From the NCBI GenBank assembly GCA_951406725.2, contig OX597832.1, positions 124,001 through 188,000 of the forward strand: a stretch of 64,000 nt of DNA, given 5' to 3'. A model generated the notes under the pieces. It saw nothing but the letters and a program-made list of their open reading frames with translations, ran no database searches and was not told the DNA's origin. The position numbers and the translations under genes were made by a program. This document shows positions 41,456-53,699 of this stretch, in pieces (the stretch's first letter is position 1; each line of letters opens with the position of its first letter). Source of the stretch: Octopus vulgaris. Taxonomy: Eukaryota.

Positions 41456-41825
41456 ACAGGAGTGACTGTGTGGTTAGTAGCTTGCTTACCAACCGCATAG
41501 TTCTGGGTTCGGTCCCACTACATGGGACCTTGGGCAAGTGTCTTCTACTATAGCCTCGGGCTGACCAAAGCCTTGTGAATGGATTTTGTAGACAGAAACT
41601 GAAAGAAGCCCATTTTATACATATATGTGTGTCTGTGTTTGTCCCCCCCACCATCGCTTGACAACTGATGTTGGTCTGTTTACATTCCTGTAACTTAGCA
41701 GTTCAGCAAAAGATACCAATAGAATAAGTACTAGGCTTACAAAGAATAACTCCTGGGGTTGATTCCATCGACTAAAGGCAGTGCTCCAGCATGGCCGCAG
41801 TCAAATGACTGAAACAAATAAAAGA
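41456..41825 (+). mobile_element. Full-length tRNA-derived SINE
   Basis: caggagtgactgtgtggttag...gggttcggtccc head; body gaccaaagccttgtg; tail gcagtcaaatgactgaaacaa. Confidence 0.9.
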
Positions 41826-43588
41826 ATATAAAATTTGTGAAAACAATTGTTCAGAGCAAAATATTTAGAATATTAAAAAAGCAAAAGCAAAGATTTCACA
41901 GATGATTCATAATTTTATTCTCCTCTACATCTGTTTCAATAAATAGACTACAAATGTCATCATTGATGTATAAAAAAATAAATAATTTATTAATTTAAAT
42001 GTAAAGGATAATCTATTTCATAAGGAAATAAAATGGGGGTATGAAAACCAAAAGACCATTGCAGTTTTAAATATGATATATATAGAGAGAAGCAAAATGG
42101 ACAGAGAGGAAGAAAATCCGAGAAAGGCGAATAAAATTATACTCACACACATTGCACATGTGCATTTATGTGTGTGCATGTGTATGTGTGTGGATAGATG
42201 TTTATATAAATAGGTACATGCATGGCTGTGTAGTAAGAAGTTTTCTTCCTAACAACATGGTTTTAGGTTCAGCCCTACCGCATGGCACTTTGGGCATGTC
42301 TTCTACTATAGGCCACAGGTTGACCTGAGCTTTGTGAATGGATATACATATACGTGTGTGCATGTGTATGATAAAAAAGAATGGTATTAGCAAATTGTGT
42401 TTACTGCTTAGTTTGCAGTTGTTAGTAGTAGTGTTAAAGAACTTTCTAGAGACACTGGAAGTATATTTTGTTTGTGCTTTTTGTAATTAAAAATTTTCTT
42501 TCTCAGTAACTCATGCATAAGGAAATTTTCACTATATTTAAAAAAACCAATATATAAAAGTAAATCCTGTATTTTAGATGTTTTATTTTAGACAAATTAT
42601 TTGAAGACCTTTTATAAGCTATTGGATATGTTGTGAATTGTATTTCTTTGAGAGAGTTGTAGCAGTTTAGTATTTGAAACTTCAAAGTAACTCTAATAGC
42701 ATGATAAACATTATAGATATTCCACTTATCTAAAACCAAAGTTGAAGTAATTGAATTTTAATATTATGGCACCTTGTCCCAATTTTCATTATAGCATCAA
42801 CTTAAACATCAGCTGTTTAAAATGTACCATCTTTAATATATTTACTTTTTGTGAACTCTTTCGCTGCATCATTAGATACATAATATTGTTAATAGTTTGT
42901 AAATCTTTCTGCTGATATATCACTGGAAATTTTCATTAAGTAATTATATCTTAAGATATTCCTTAAAAATTTCTCTTTAAGATTCTAAAACTGTTGTAGT
43001 TTTTAGAAGAATCTTTCAGTATCAAAACAAAAAGAATATGAGCATTGAATAGTTGTAATATGTCATTATAGAAATATCTTTAAGAGTAAGTTTCAAGAAC
43101 ATTCCCTTTATAAGCCACTAATCACTTGTCATGGATCAATCTTTACCTCTATAATCAGACTTTGTAAAAGTAAACTTATCAGCTCTTTTCTTTTTTCTAC
43201 ATTAGTTCTCTCTCAATTTCTACACATCAAAAATTAAACTAATAAAACAGAAATAAGATTGACAAATGATCGTTTCTCTTTATTGCTCATCCCTTAAGGA
43301 TGCATGTTAATAATAAAACTCATAAGAGCATCAGGAAAATGTCATGTCATATTTGTTTTGGCATTTTGCATTCTCAGTTCATATCTTGTCGTAGTTAACT
43401 TTGCCTTTCATTCCTTTAGGTTCAATAAAGCATCATGCCAGTTAAGTCAGTGTAGTCTACTAAACTCAATCTCCTCAAAATTGCTGGTCTTGTTCCTAAA
43501 TTAGAAACAATCATTACTGTTTGTTTGTGTTTTTATTCTGGCAGGTATGCTCAATTCTAATTAAAATTTTTGGTATTTTCACTTTTAG

Positions 43589-43767
43589 AATCAAATCCAA
43601 GAATTTAAAGCTGCTCAAACCCCAAGCACTAACCAACTTCGCTCTATGCTACTGGACCCAGCCATCAACTTGGTATTCCAACACATGGCTAAAGAGATGG
43701 AAGAATGCAAGGAACGACAGAAACAGACACAAAATGAACTGAGTGCATGGAAGTTCACTGCCGACAG
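43589..43767 (+). CDS. WTAP: WTAP internal coding exon (179 nt), NQIQEFKAAQTPSTNQLRSMLLDPAINLVFQHMAKEMEECKERQKQTQNELSAWKFTAD
   Basis: ttttcacttttag acceptor, ag|gtgtga donor. Contains the diagnostic LRS..DPAIN and QNELSAWKFT motifs. The next exon (SQTGK..MAKCR-like) was not found in the window. Confidence 0.96.
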
Positions 43768-46700
43768 GTGTGATATCTCCCATCTTAATCTGGTAACATT
43801 TCTAACCTAGACTTGCAGATGCATCAAACACCTACTTGTCCCCTGTGTGACATCAGCATTAGCTATCTCAGCTGATGATGCCATCACAGTCAACACAAAT
43901 GGCCTAATAGTAGGCCATAGAAAGCACCCCCTGCGTCTTACCTGAGCTTGCTGATGACGCTACTCTAAAGCGGCATCACATAGACTGGGTAAAAGAGTGA
44001 AAGAAAGAAAAATGTCAACAAACACATTACTAGACATGTTTACTAAACAACCACCACATTTGCACACTCTCTTACTGCTCCTCCATCTGCTCTTTGGTAT
44101 ATTGCTGTATTTTGGTATTACTACTACTACTGACAAAGTTCAACTTTACTTTCCTTCAAAAACTCTTCTGCAGAACATTTTATTTCTACTTTTGTACCAG
44201 AATCTCTCCATCAATATTAACTAAGTATTTTAATGATTTTTACATAATTTTGGTAAGGCTACCCTTACTTAGCTGAAACTTTATTGTCATCATTAAGTTG
44301 CTATTGTTTGGCTATTATTGAGATTCTGTTAAAAACCTAACATCTTCGCAGAAGTTTAATTAATCATTATACATTGAGTTAGTCACAGAAAATTAAATTG
44401 CTACATTAGTAGAGAAAATGGTTATATATGTGAAACAAGTGCCAAATACATTTTTTACTTTTAGTTTTATATATTCAAACCTTAAAAACATTATTCAAGG
44501 ACTGATTCTCAGTATTTTTTAATTTTATGACATCTAAATCAGCTAAAGTAAATCATTATCTTTACAAGGAAAATTGAGGTCATGGCAGAATGTGGTGGAC
44601 TGGTTTCTTGGATTGGTATAGTAATCCATGTTTCTGTCAAGAATAGCTAGAGCTTCATCTGCTCAATTTGCCCGCCACTTATGATGGCAATGTTCCTCAG
44701 TTGGCAGAAGACTCATTGCCCTTTCTTTGCTTATGGAGTAGAGTTCAGATGCTAAGAAAGGAAATTTTAATCCAGCAATTATGTATATTTATCTGTATTC
44801 AGATATCAACCAATAGCACATCACTGAAAAAGAGGTGATGCTCAGTGATACAGTAGGGATGGTACACATGGAGAAGATCATGATGAGGATGATGAATATA
44901 TAGTATCATTGACATTAAAATGAAAACTTTAAAATGTCTTCTACTTAGTGAAACGTTTACAGACACTGTTGTCTTCCATATATGGTTTGACATTTAACAT
45001 CATCTTAGCCATCCTTGACAATGATTTTGTTGAATGTCCCTTGAAATTATTTATATAATTTGGTGCTGAAGAATCATAAAAGCCAATTCTTTTCAGGAAT
45101 CTTTTATAATCCAGAGAATTTTTGTTAGTTTCCAGATGTGTAATATTCTAATGTACTCATGAAAGGTTTACAATTAGATGATGATTAACTAACTAAAATC
45201 CTAAATCTTAATGTTGTAGTTATATTTGTATTTTTATATTCTACAGACATATAAAAGAATGAATATACACGTACACACTCTTTGATCTCTTTCTTGCACA
45301 TATACTGCCACATTTGTCTTGTTCTAATACTGTTGTATATACATAAACACACACACACTAATTTAATATAACTAACTTTTTTGTGTATGATATAGTATCG
45401 TTTATATAATATATTGCATAATATAGAACAGTTCAATATACTGGGATTGATGCACTTTAAAAGTATGGGCTTTTATAGTTGTATGTTTATATAATATATT
45501 GTAGTTGCTATAAAAATACTGACCTATATTTAACATGCAGCAGTGTATATAATATATGTTTCTTTGTTCATTTACTATCTGTATTTCCAGGCTAGCATAG
45601 GTTGAAAGAATATTTTGTCATGGCATTGTTTTATAGCTGGTTGCTCTCTGTTGTTAATCCTTACTTGCTTTTCAAGGGATCTCTTGTGGTGTTCATAAAT
45701 TATCTTTACAACTTACACAATTTTTTGTTTCTAATAAAGTTGAGATCCCTCATTCAACTTCTTCACAACCAATCGAGCCCATGTGAAATTGTTCTGATGT
45801 GTCTAATAAAATTTGTTCATCTGTTTTGCAGTAAACTCTGCTGAGTTACCCTTATTTTTCATTTTTTTCTGAATTTTTGAAATTGTAAAGGTAATTTATG
45901 AGCACCTTGTATAATAGACAACAATATTTTATTTTATGTATTTATTACTTTTTAAGTGTATATGTGTGTAAAGATTCACACATACACATATGCATTGTGC
46001 ACACACACGCACACACACATGTTTACTATATAAAAATGAATCTATCTGAGTTTCACCCAACAGCTGGTTGTTTGAGTCTGTAGATGAAATAGGGACTTGT
46101 ATTTATAAGGTTGAAAGTTTCTGGATTAGTAGTTTTGTTAATTGTATTTCAGAATTTGAAGTATTGAGAGGAATGTAAATAAAATTTCTCCCTAATACTT
46201 ACTATGTCCTTGAACAAAGTGTTCAAGGACTTGGTGAGTATTTAAAAGCATATATTGTTCCTTAGGGTGCATGTTTGTGCAGGTATATGAAGTGGCACAC
46301 ATAGTTAGGTCACACTTATATATACAACTATATAGAAATGATTTCTCTCATGCAAATACATCCACTCTACAGGTTTACAAATACACACTTATAGCCACAT
46401 ATTTAAATATATATATTTAAAAATCTAATTTAATAGAATTGTGTTGAGTGTTTTTTTTTTGCAGTTATTGTTAGTTGTGGTTTGTTAAACATGTACCTTA
46501 AATGTTTGTTATCATTGTCTTAATAAAAATTACATATTGTCCGTATAAAATAAAAACAGAAAGGCATGTGTATAGATATAAAATATACATCTACAAGTCC
46601 CTCCATTTCAGCCACAATCATAAACAGCCAAATGATCGATAGAACTCATGTAGACTATCATTTCTTTTTATGTAATAAACATATCTGTCCTCTCTACAGA

Positions 46701-46932
46701 CTATTGAGTTCTATCTCTGATACTCGTATCTTGTATAATGTTTTGTGTGTGTGTGTGTGCATGAGTGTGTATGTGTGTGTGTGCACACACACACTGCATA
46801 TACCTATAATTATGAGGGTTGAATATATTTACATGGGTCTACAAACATAAATTTATGTAATTTATATGAAGCACTGTCTGATATAGATATAGATGTTTTT
46901 AATTTGTTTTTGAAAAATGAAAACCGTATGAC

Positions 46933-47381
46933 CATTATTTACAATCGACGGATATTTGTCCTCATCTTGTTTGTTGTTAACACGTTTTGGCTGATATACC
47001 CTCTAGCCTTCTTGAGGTGTCTTGGGGAAATTTCGAACCTGGATGTTGTTGTTATTATTATTATTATTCAGGTCTCTTCCTGGAATTGAACTCGGAATCT
47101 TGGGGTTAGTAGCCCGCGCTCTTAACCACTATGCCATATGCCCGTGGGTATATGGCATAGTGGTTAAGAGCGTGGGCTATTGACCCCAAGATCCTGAGTT
47201 CGATTCCAGGCAGAGACCTGAATAATAATAATAATAACAACAGCATTGAAAAATACCTTAGAAATGAGAACCCAGGTTCGTAATTTCCCCAAAACACCTG
47301 ATGAAGGCTGGAGAGTATATCAGCCGGAACGTTGTGTTAACAAAGACGATGAGGACAAATATCCGTCGATTGTAAATAATG
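46933..47381. mobile_element. Head-to-head palindromic tRNA-headed, hammerhead-tailed element
   Basis: Arms 46933-47143 and 47146-47381. A box tggcatagtgg, B box gagttcgattcc, (AAT)n, hammerhead-like motif at 47293-47338. Confidence 0.8.
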
Positions 47382-47444
47382 TACATAATTCCACATCTCT
47401 TAAATATAGAACTGGAAAACAATATGAGTTTTAAGAAAAAATAA

Positions 47445-47710
47445 GTCAATATTTTGGGGTTAAGACCCCTTCTTCGGGTAATTTTCAGAGATTTGATTTT
47501 GCAAGCTAGCTTTTCTGCTATGTACTGTGTGTATATGACGGTTGCTTTGTATGCGCAGGATAGCATTGTTATAGTAGCCAATCAGCTTTGTACAATACAG
47601 CCTCTATATATACATGCATATTCACACATACAGAGCAGAAAAGCTAGCTTGCCACACAAAATCTCCAAAGGTTTTCTGAAGAAGTGTCCTAATCCTGAAA
47701 TATAAAAGTA
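47445..47710. repeat. Inverted-repeat element with degenerate hammerhead-like ends
   Basis: gcaagctagcttttctgct / agcagaaaagctagcttgc arms; C(T/C)GAAGA-short hairpin-(G/A)AAAT at both outer ends. Confidence 0.55.
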
Positions 47711-47790
47711 CAAGATTAAAGCTAAGGTCATAGTCAACTCGCATTACTTTGCTTTTGCAGATATGTGTGTGTGTCCCTGAATGTGTGAGT

Positions 47791-47847
<57 letters not shown>

Positions 47848-50044
47848 TGCATACACACACCCTCACGTGTGTGATTTTTTTGTGTATGTATGCATATATA
47901 TTTAACTTTTATGATATACAGTAAAGTCTGTAATGTACAATATTATATATATTAATATAACATCTATACTTTGGTTCAGTGTTTCTCATAGAAGTAGTAG
48001 TGGTTGATGGATAGGGGATAAGAATTTAAAAGGGGCTGACAAATTGCTATTTTAAATAAAATTAGAATATTTTAAAATCTTTAAACTTGCCCAACATCAT
48101 GGCAATGAAAGATGAATTCTGTGAATTCAAAGAGGTTAGTGGTAAAAAATACCCTAATATTTTAGTGGTGGAACTAGTATTTATAATTTCTGGGAGTTAC
48201 AACTCAGGTAAAACCCAACATAGTTTAGGAAATGAATGTTTACCTGAAAGGGATTGTTTGTATTTAAAAGTTTTCAAAAATGTTGGTTATATGATTGTGA
48301 AACTTGTAGCCATAAGAATTAAGTGAATGTGCTGTATGGCTTTAACAGGCAGTTGAGTTTGTTGCATTTTGTTTGTGTGTGAGAGAGAGAAATTCTGGGT
48401 GAAAAGGGTTTATGAATAAATAGAAGTCTATTAAAGAAGGCCTGGGACAAATTATTTACCACAGACAGCAAATGTCACAAGCAAGAATATGTAACTGTGC
48501 AAACCTATTCAACCTTCATCACAATAGAAAAATGAATGTTAAGCATTAGCTTTATCGTATTAATGCATCAGACTATCTTTGTAACATAACTTTCAAAACA
48601 TCTATAATATTAATATGCTAGTGTATGTTAAGCTGTAAAGTGATTAGTTGAGGTGTTTAGCATTGGAAAATAAGGGAATGTAGTTAAGTGGTTAATTGAA
48701 GCGAGAGAGAAAAGCGTTTTACTTGAAAAAATGCAGTAGTGGTGAAGATAGGAGAAAGGCAATTTACAGATATATAATCATATACTTACGCACATACATG
48801 TGAAATACTGTGATGAAGTAGCAGTTAAACTGATGGTGGTGATGGAAGGAGAGAGGGAGTCATTGATAGGGATACTGGTTAATGGAGATGGGACCAGTGA
48901 AGACTAGTTATTTGATTGAACTAATTTTTTTGTCAAATTGTCAATCACTTAAAGCATGCATCTTAGTACAATTAATTATCAATTGCTATAAATGAATATT
49001 TCATATGTGCTTATCTAAAATGATATTTTGCTTCTATATGTGGAACAAAATAAAAGATGTAAAAGTAGATGTAAGAAAATTAAGTTGTAATGGAAGAAAG
49101 TTGTGTTCATTTAATTCTTCTTTGGATCGTAGTCATGCTGGAGCTGCAGTCCAATAACCAGTAATCTTCAAGTGTTTGGTTTGGTTTGGTTTGGTGTTTA
49201 TTTTTTGTGTATTTTTTTAACTGCTTTGTCATGGTACTTTAACAACATCACACCTTTAAGTAGCATAAATGTAAACAGACACAGGTATATATTTATCGTT
49301 GTCATCATACAAATTCTTTCCATGCCAACATAGGTCTGACAGTTCAACAGATCTGAGAACCAGGTTTTGCTCCAATGTCTTAGCTTTGGCATGGTCTCTA
49401 AGGCTGGATGCTCTTCTTTACACTGACCACTCAACAGAGTGTGCTGGGTGCATTTGTAGCACCAGTAGTATAGAGGTTGCTTTGCTATCAATAAGACTAA
49501 AAAAACCCTCTCAAACCAGATATCATGGCTGCTTGAATCAATTACCAATCACTTAAGAACTACTGAGTACTTTTATGCGCGTGCGCGCGCACACAGAGAG
49601 AGAAAGAGAGAGGGAGAGAGAGAGAGAGAGAGAGAGACACTCACAGAGACAGAGACAGTATCCTTACTGTTTCTATCAAATTTCACTGAAGGCATTAATC
49701 AACTGTAGGCTGTTGTCAGAAGGCATTTGCTCAAGGTGCTCTACTATGAAACCAAACCTAGAATTGCAAGGTTATAGCACAAACATTTTCACTATACAAT
49801 TATGTTGGTACCTGTATTACTGTTTTTTTTTTCTTGAATCTACAGTCCTGTGGGGAAGCTACTATATTTTGTTTACTGGGACTATGTGTTCAGTCAGCCA
49901 TAAAAATACATTTCTCTGATATAAAAATAAGGATTTAAAGCAGCATATTAAAATTGATTAAAACTTTACCAACATAGGCACAGGAGTGGCTATGTGGTAA
50001 GTAGTTTGCTTACCAACCACATTGTTCCGGGTTCAGTCCTACTC

Positions 50045-53000
50045 TGTTTAATGTCTGTTTTCCATGCTGGCATGGGTTGACTGAGGTCTAGAGACCCAGC
50101 TGCTGCACCAGGCTCCAATCTGATCTGGTAATGTTTCTACAGTTGGATGCCCCTCCTAATGCCAATCACTCTGAAAGTGTAGTGGGTGTTTTTTATGTGC
50201 CATTGGCACAGGAGCCACTGAGGCAGGCCTGGCATTGATCACGTTTGGATAGTGCTTTTTATGTGCCACTGGCACGGGGGCCAGTCAGCCAGTCAGTGGG
50301 TACTGGCATCAGTCATGTTCAGATGGTGCTTTTTATGTGCCACTAGCACAGGGTTCAGTTAGTGGATACTGGCATCAGCCACATTTGGATGGTGCTTTAT
50401 ACGTGCCACTGGAACAGTCAGGGGGCACTGGCCACAGCTATGATATTGGATTTACTTGACTCAAAAGGTCTACTCAAGCATATCATATCACCCAATGCAT
50501 CAGGAGTACTCTTAACTTGGCTGGACATGCATGGCTGCAACCTCACTTGAGTTGCCAGGTCTTCTCAATCACAGCATATCTCCAAAGGTCTCGCTCTCCT
50601 GTCATTGCCTTTATGAGACCCAATGTTCAAAGGTCATGCTTCCCTACCTCATCCCATGTCTTCTTGGGTCTACCTCTTTGACAGGTTCCTTCCACAGTTA
50701 GGGAGTGGCACTTCCTCACACAGCTGTCCTCATCCATAAGTAACACATTACCATGCTAGCGCAGTCCTCTTTTGCACACCACATTTCATGCTTCTTGTGC
50801 CCAACTTTTCTCCCAGGGTGCTTACACTTTGCTGTGTATGCACACTGACATTATACATCCAGTGGAGCATACTAGCTTCATTTCTTTCAAGCCTATGCAT
50901 GTCTTCAGCTATCAGGGCCCATGTTTCACTACCGTGTAGCATGACTGTTTGCACACATGCATCATACAGTCTACACCCCGACTGTAGACTTCGTCGCCTA
51001 GGTAGCAGAAGCTATTAACTACTTCTGGTTTCTTCTCCTGGCATATGATGGAATCTATTTTCTGTACATCTTCAGTGTTTATTGCCCCTGTGCATCTGCC
51101 ACATACAAAACCTATCTTCACAATTAACCTTCCTTTTATATTGCTGCACCTTTTATGTGTCCATAGCCTACTCCGGGTACATCGTATGGAGTTTCTACCC
51201 ATGCCTTATCTACCTGAAGGGGTTTGTCATTTGACAGCCTTCCTACTTACTAAGATTTTGGTTTTTACTAGTTTAACCCTAAGGCTGTTCAATTCTAGAC
51301 CTTGCTTCCACACCCTAAACTTTGTATTTAGTTCTGGCAGTGACTTGGCTATTAGAGCAAGGTCATCAGCATGGAGGAGCTCCCAGGAGCATCCTGTCTT
51401 AAATTCCTCTGTTATTGCCTGGAGGACTTTCATGAATAAGAGGGAGATGAGGATTGATCCTTGGTGAACCCCAACTTCTCGAAATTCTTCACTATACTCA
51501 TTGCCAACCCTCACCTTACTGACAGCATCCCTGTACAGGGCTTGTACAGCTCTTACCAACCACTCATCTATCCCCAGTTTCCACATTGACCACCAGATAA
51601 GTGATCAGGAGTCCCTGTCAGAGGCTTTCTCCAAGTCAACAAAAGCCATGTACAGAGGTTTATCTTTGGCTAGATATTTCTTCTGTCATTCCCTTACCAG
51701 AAATATAGCATTAGTGGTGCCTCTGCCTGGCACAAAACCAAACTGCATCTCATCTAGGCTAACACTCTCCCTAATTAGTTGGGCTATGACCCTCTGTAAC
51801 TTTCATCACCTGATCCATTAATTTGATACCCCTGTAGTTATTTCAATCTAATGCATTACCTTTAATCCTGTTGATTATGGTGCTGCTACACCAGTCATTG
51901 GATATGACTCCTTCATGAACTAACTGATTTATGATGCAGGTGACAAGACCATAACCCACACTGCCCAATATTTTGAGCATCTCATCGGTGATTCCTAATG
52001 GACCAAGTGCTTTCCCTGTCTTCATATCCTTAACTGCTTTATCTACCAGGGTACTGTCAATTCGGGTAGGCGTTCCCTCAATTGGGTCAACCTTTGGCAG
52101 ACTCTCCTCCTCCCATTCATTTTCCATATTCAGCAGTCTTTCATAATGACATCTCCAAGCCTCTTTCTTTGTAGAATTATTAAACACAAAGGTACCATCA
52201 TCCAGATGGCCACATTTCTCTCCTGTGGCATCACGGTTTTCTGTCACACACTGTCTTGCAATCCAAAATACTTCAGTTCTTTGGTCTTCATGTCGCTGAA
52301 CATTGGCCAACTTTTTTTTTTGCTATATATAACTGTTCCCTAGCTTCCCTTTTGGCTATCTGATAGATTCTCTGACTACCCCCACTCTTCCAGTCCTTCC
52401 AAGCCTGTTTCTTTGCTCTAATGGCCCTATCTACAGTATTGTTCCACCACCATGTTACCCTAGGTCTGGAAGGGAATTTGCACCAGCCACTGATTTGGTC
52501 TGTGGGACTCAGCAAGCTGTCTCGCAGGAATTCCCAGCTGCCTTCTATATCACAGGACTGTAGCTCCTGCTCCATATCATCAAATTACTCAGTAAGTATA
52601 TCCCTAAATCTCTGATCATGTGAAGGGTTCTTAAACTTCCAAGTCATTCTTTTCCAGATTGGTCTGCTTTTTGGTATCCCTCTGGCCTCAAGTCTAAAGT
52701 CACTAATAACTAGTCTATGCTGGGGGGTACATTCTTCACCAGGGAGGGTCTTTGTATTTAAGAGCAACCATGCATCCTGCTGTCTGTTGAGAATTAAATC
52801 AATCTGGCTAGCAGAGTCACCTAATTGATAGGTTATCAGGTGGCTAACAGGCTTTCAGAAGTTGGTGTTGCAGATCAATAGGTTATTTGCATCACAGAGC
52901 TCCAGGAGCCTAGTTCCCTCTTCCAATTCCATGGCTCCTATGTACCCAATGGAAGATACCAGGTTGCTGTCCAACATGCACATTAAAATCTCTGGCCACA

Positions 53001-53450
53001 AAGATGAAATCATTGTCACTCGTCTTTGCGGTAGCCTACAGAGTAATATCATAAAAGCGATCCTTCTGTTCATTCAGTAAGCCCATTTGTGGGACGTAGG
53101 CAGAGATAATTGTAGCCATGCCATTCTGCAAGACTAGCCTGAATTTAAGTAGTCTATCACACATCCTCACTACGTCTATGATCTTATCCACCCATTTTTC
53201 TGCAAGAACTATGCCCACAACCCGTATTCCAACACTATTACCTTCCCAGAAGAGTTTATACCTATGTGCTTTGCCTGTGAGGACTCTTGTTGAAGCTCCT
53301 CTCCATGCTACGTACATCAACACGTCTCTGTTCAAGCATCTCTACAATCTTGCTAGACCTACCTTTCAATGTTCCTACATTTACAGTGCCAACTCTGAAA
53401 ACTGGGAAAGAGAGGTAACACAGGAAGGAGAGATGATATTCAGCACCTGA
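50045..53450 (-). mobile_element. Near full-length decayed RTE LINE (APE endonuclease + RT + 3' UTR)
   Basis: RVGTVNVGTLKGRS, ISAYVPQ, WWWNN.V, QFGFVPG, GVHQGS, HADDL, HGSETW; same family as 19838-21630. Confidence 0.93.
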
Positions 53451-53699
53451 AAAGAAGGTTCCCATGATCATTTGGTCACAGACATCATAATAGTTGTTCT
53501 TGCTTTTAACCTACCATCATTCAAATATGTTAGAATTGTTAAGGTTGTTGCCTGTACTGTAAGGTGGGAATAAGGAAGCATTCTATATATGAAAGTGTTT
53601 GGGAGGTTGTAATTATAAGCGTTATGAGCACTGTGGGTGTAAGCATTACTGATGCTAAAAAAAAAGTATATTTATATATATTTGTGTGTGTGTGTGTAT

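Noticed and set aside
43950-43980. CTGATGA-cgct..agcg hairpin as a hammerhead or C/D snoRNA
   Set aside because: Followed by GCATC rather than GAAAC, and no convincing terminal D box or stem. Kept only as part of the structured element.
44853-44923. Alternative terminal exon encoding SRDGTHGEDHDEDDEYIVSLTLK*
   Set aside because: In frame with the 179-nt exon, but the acceptor has no polypyrimidine tract; unsupported without RNA data.
47146-47220. Functional tRNA gene
   Set aside because: A and B boxes are present, but the acceptor stem is poor and it sits in a repeated palindromic element.
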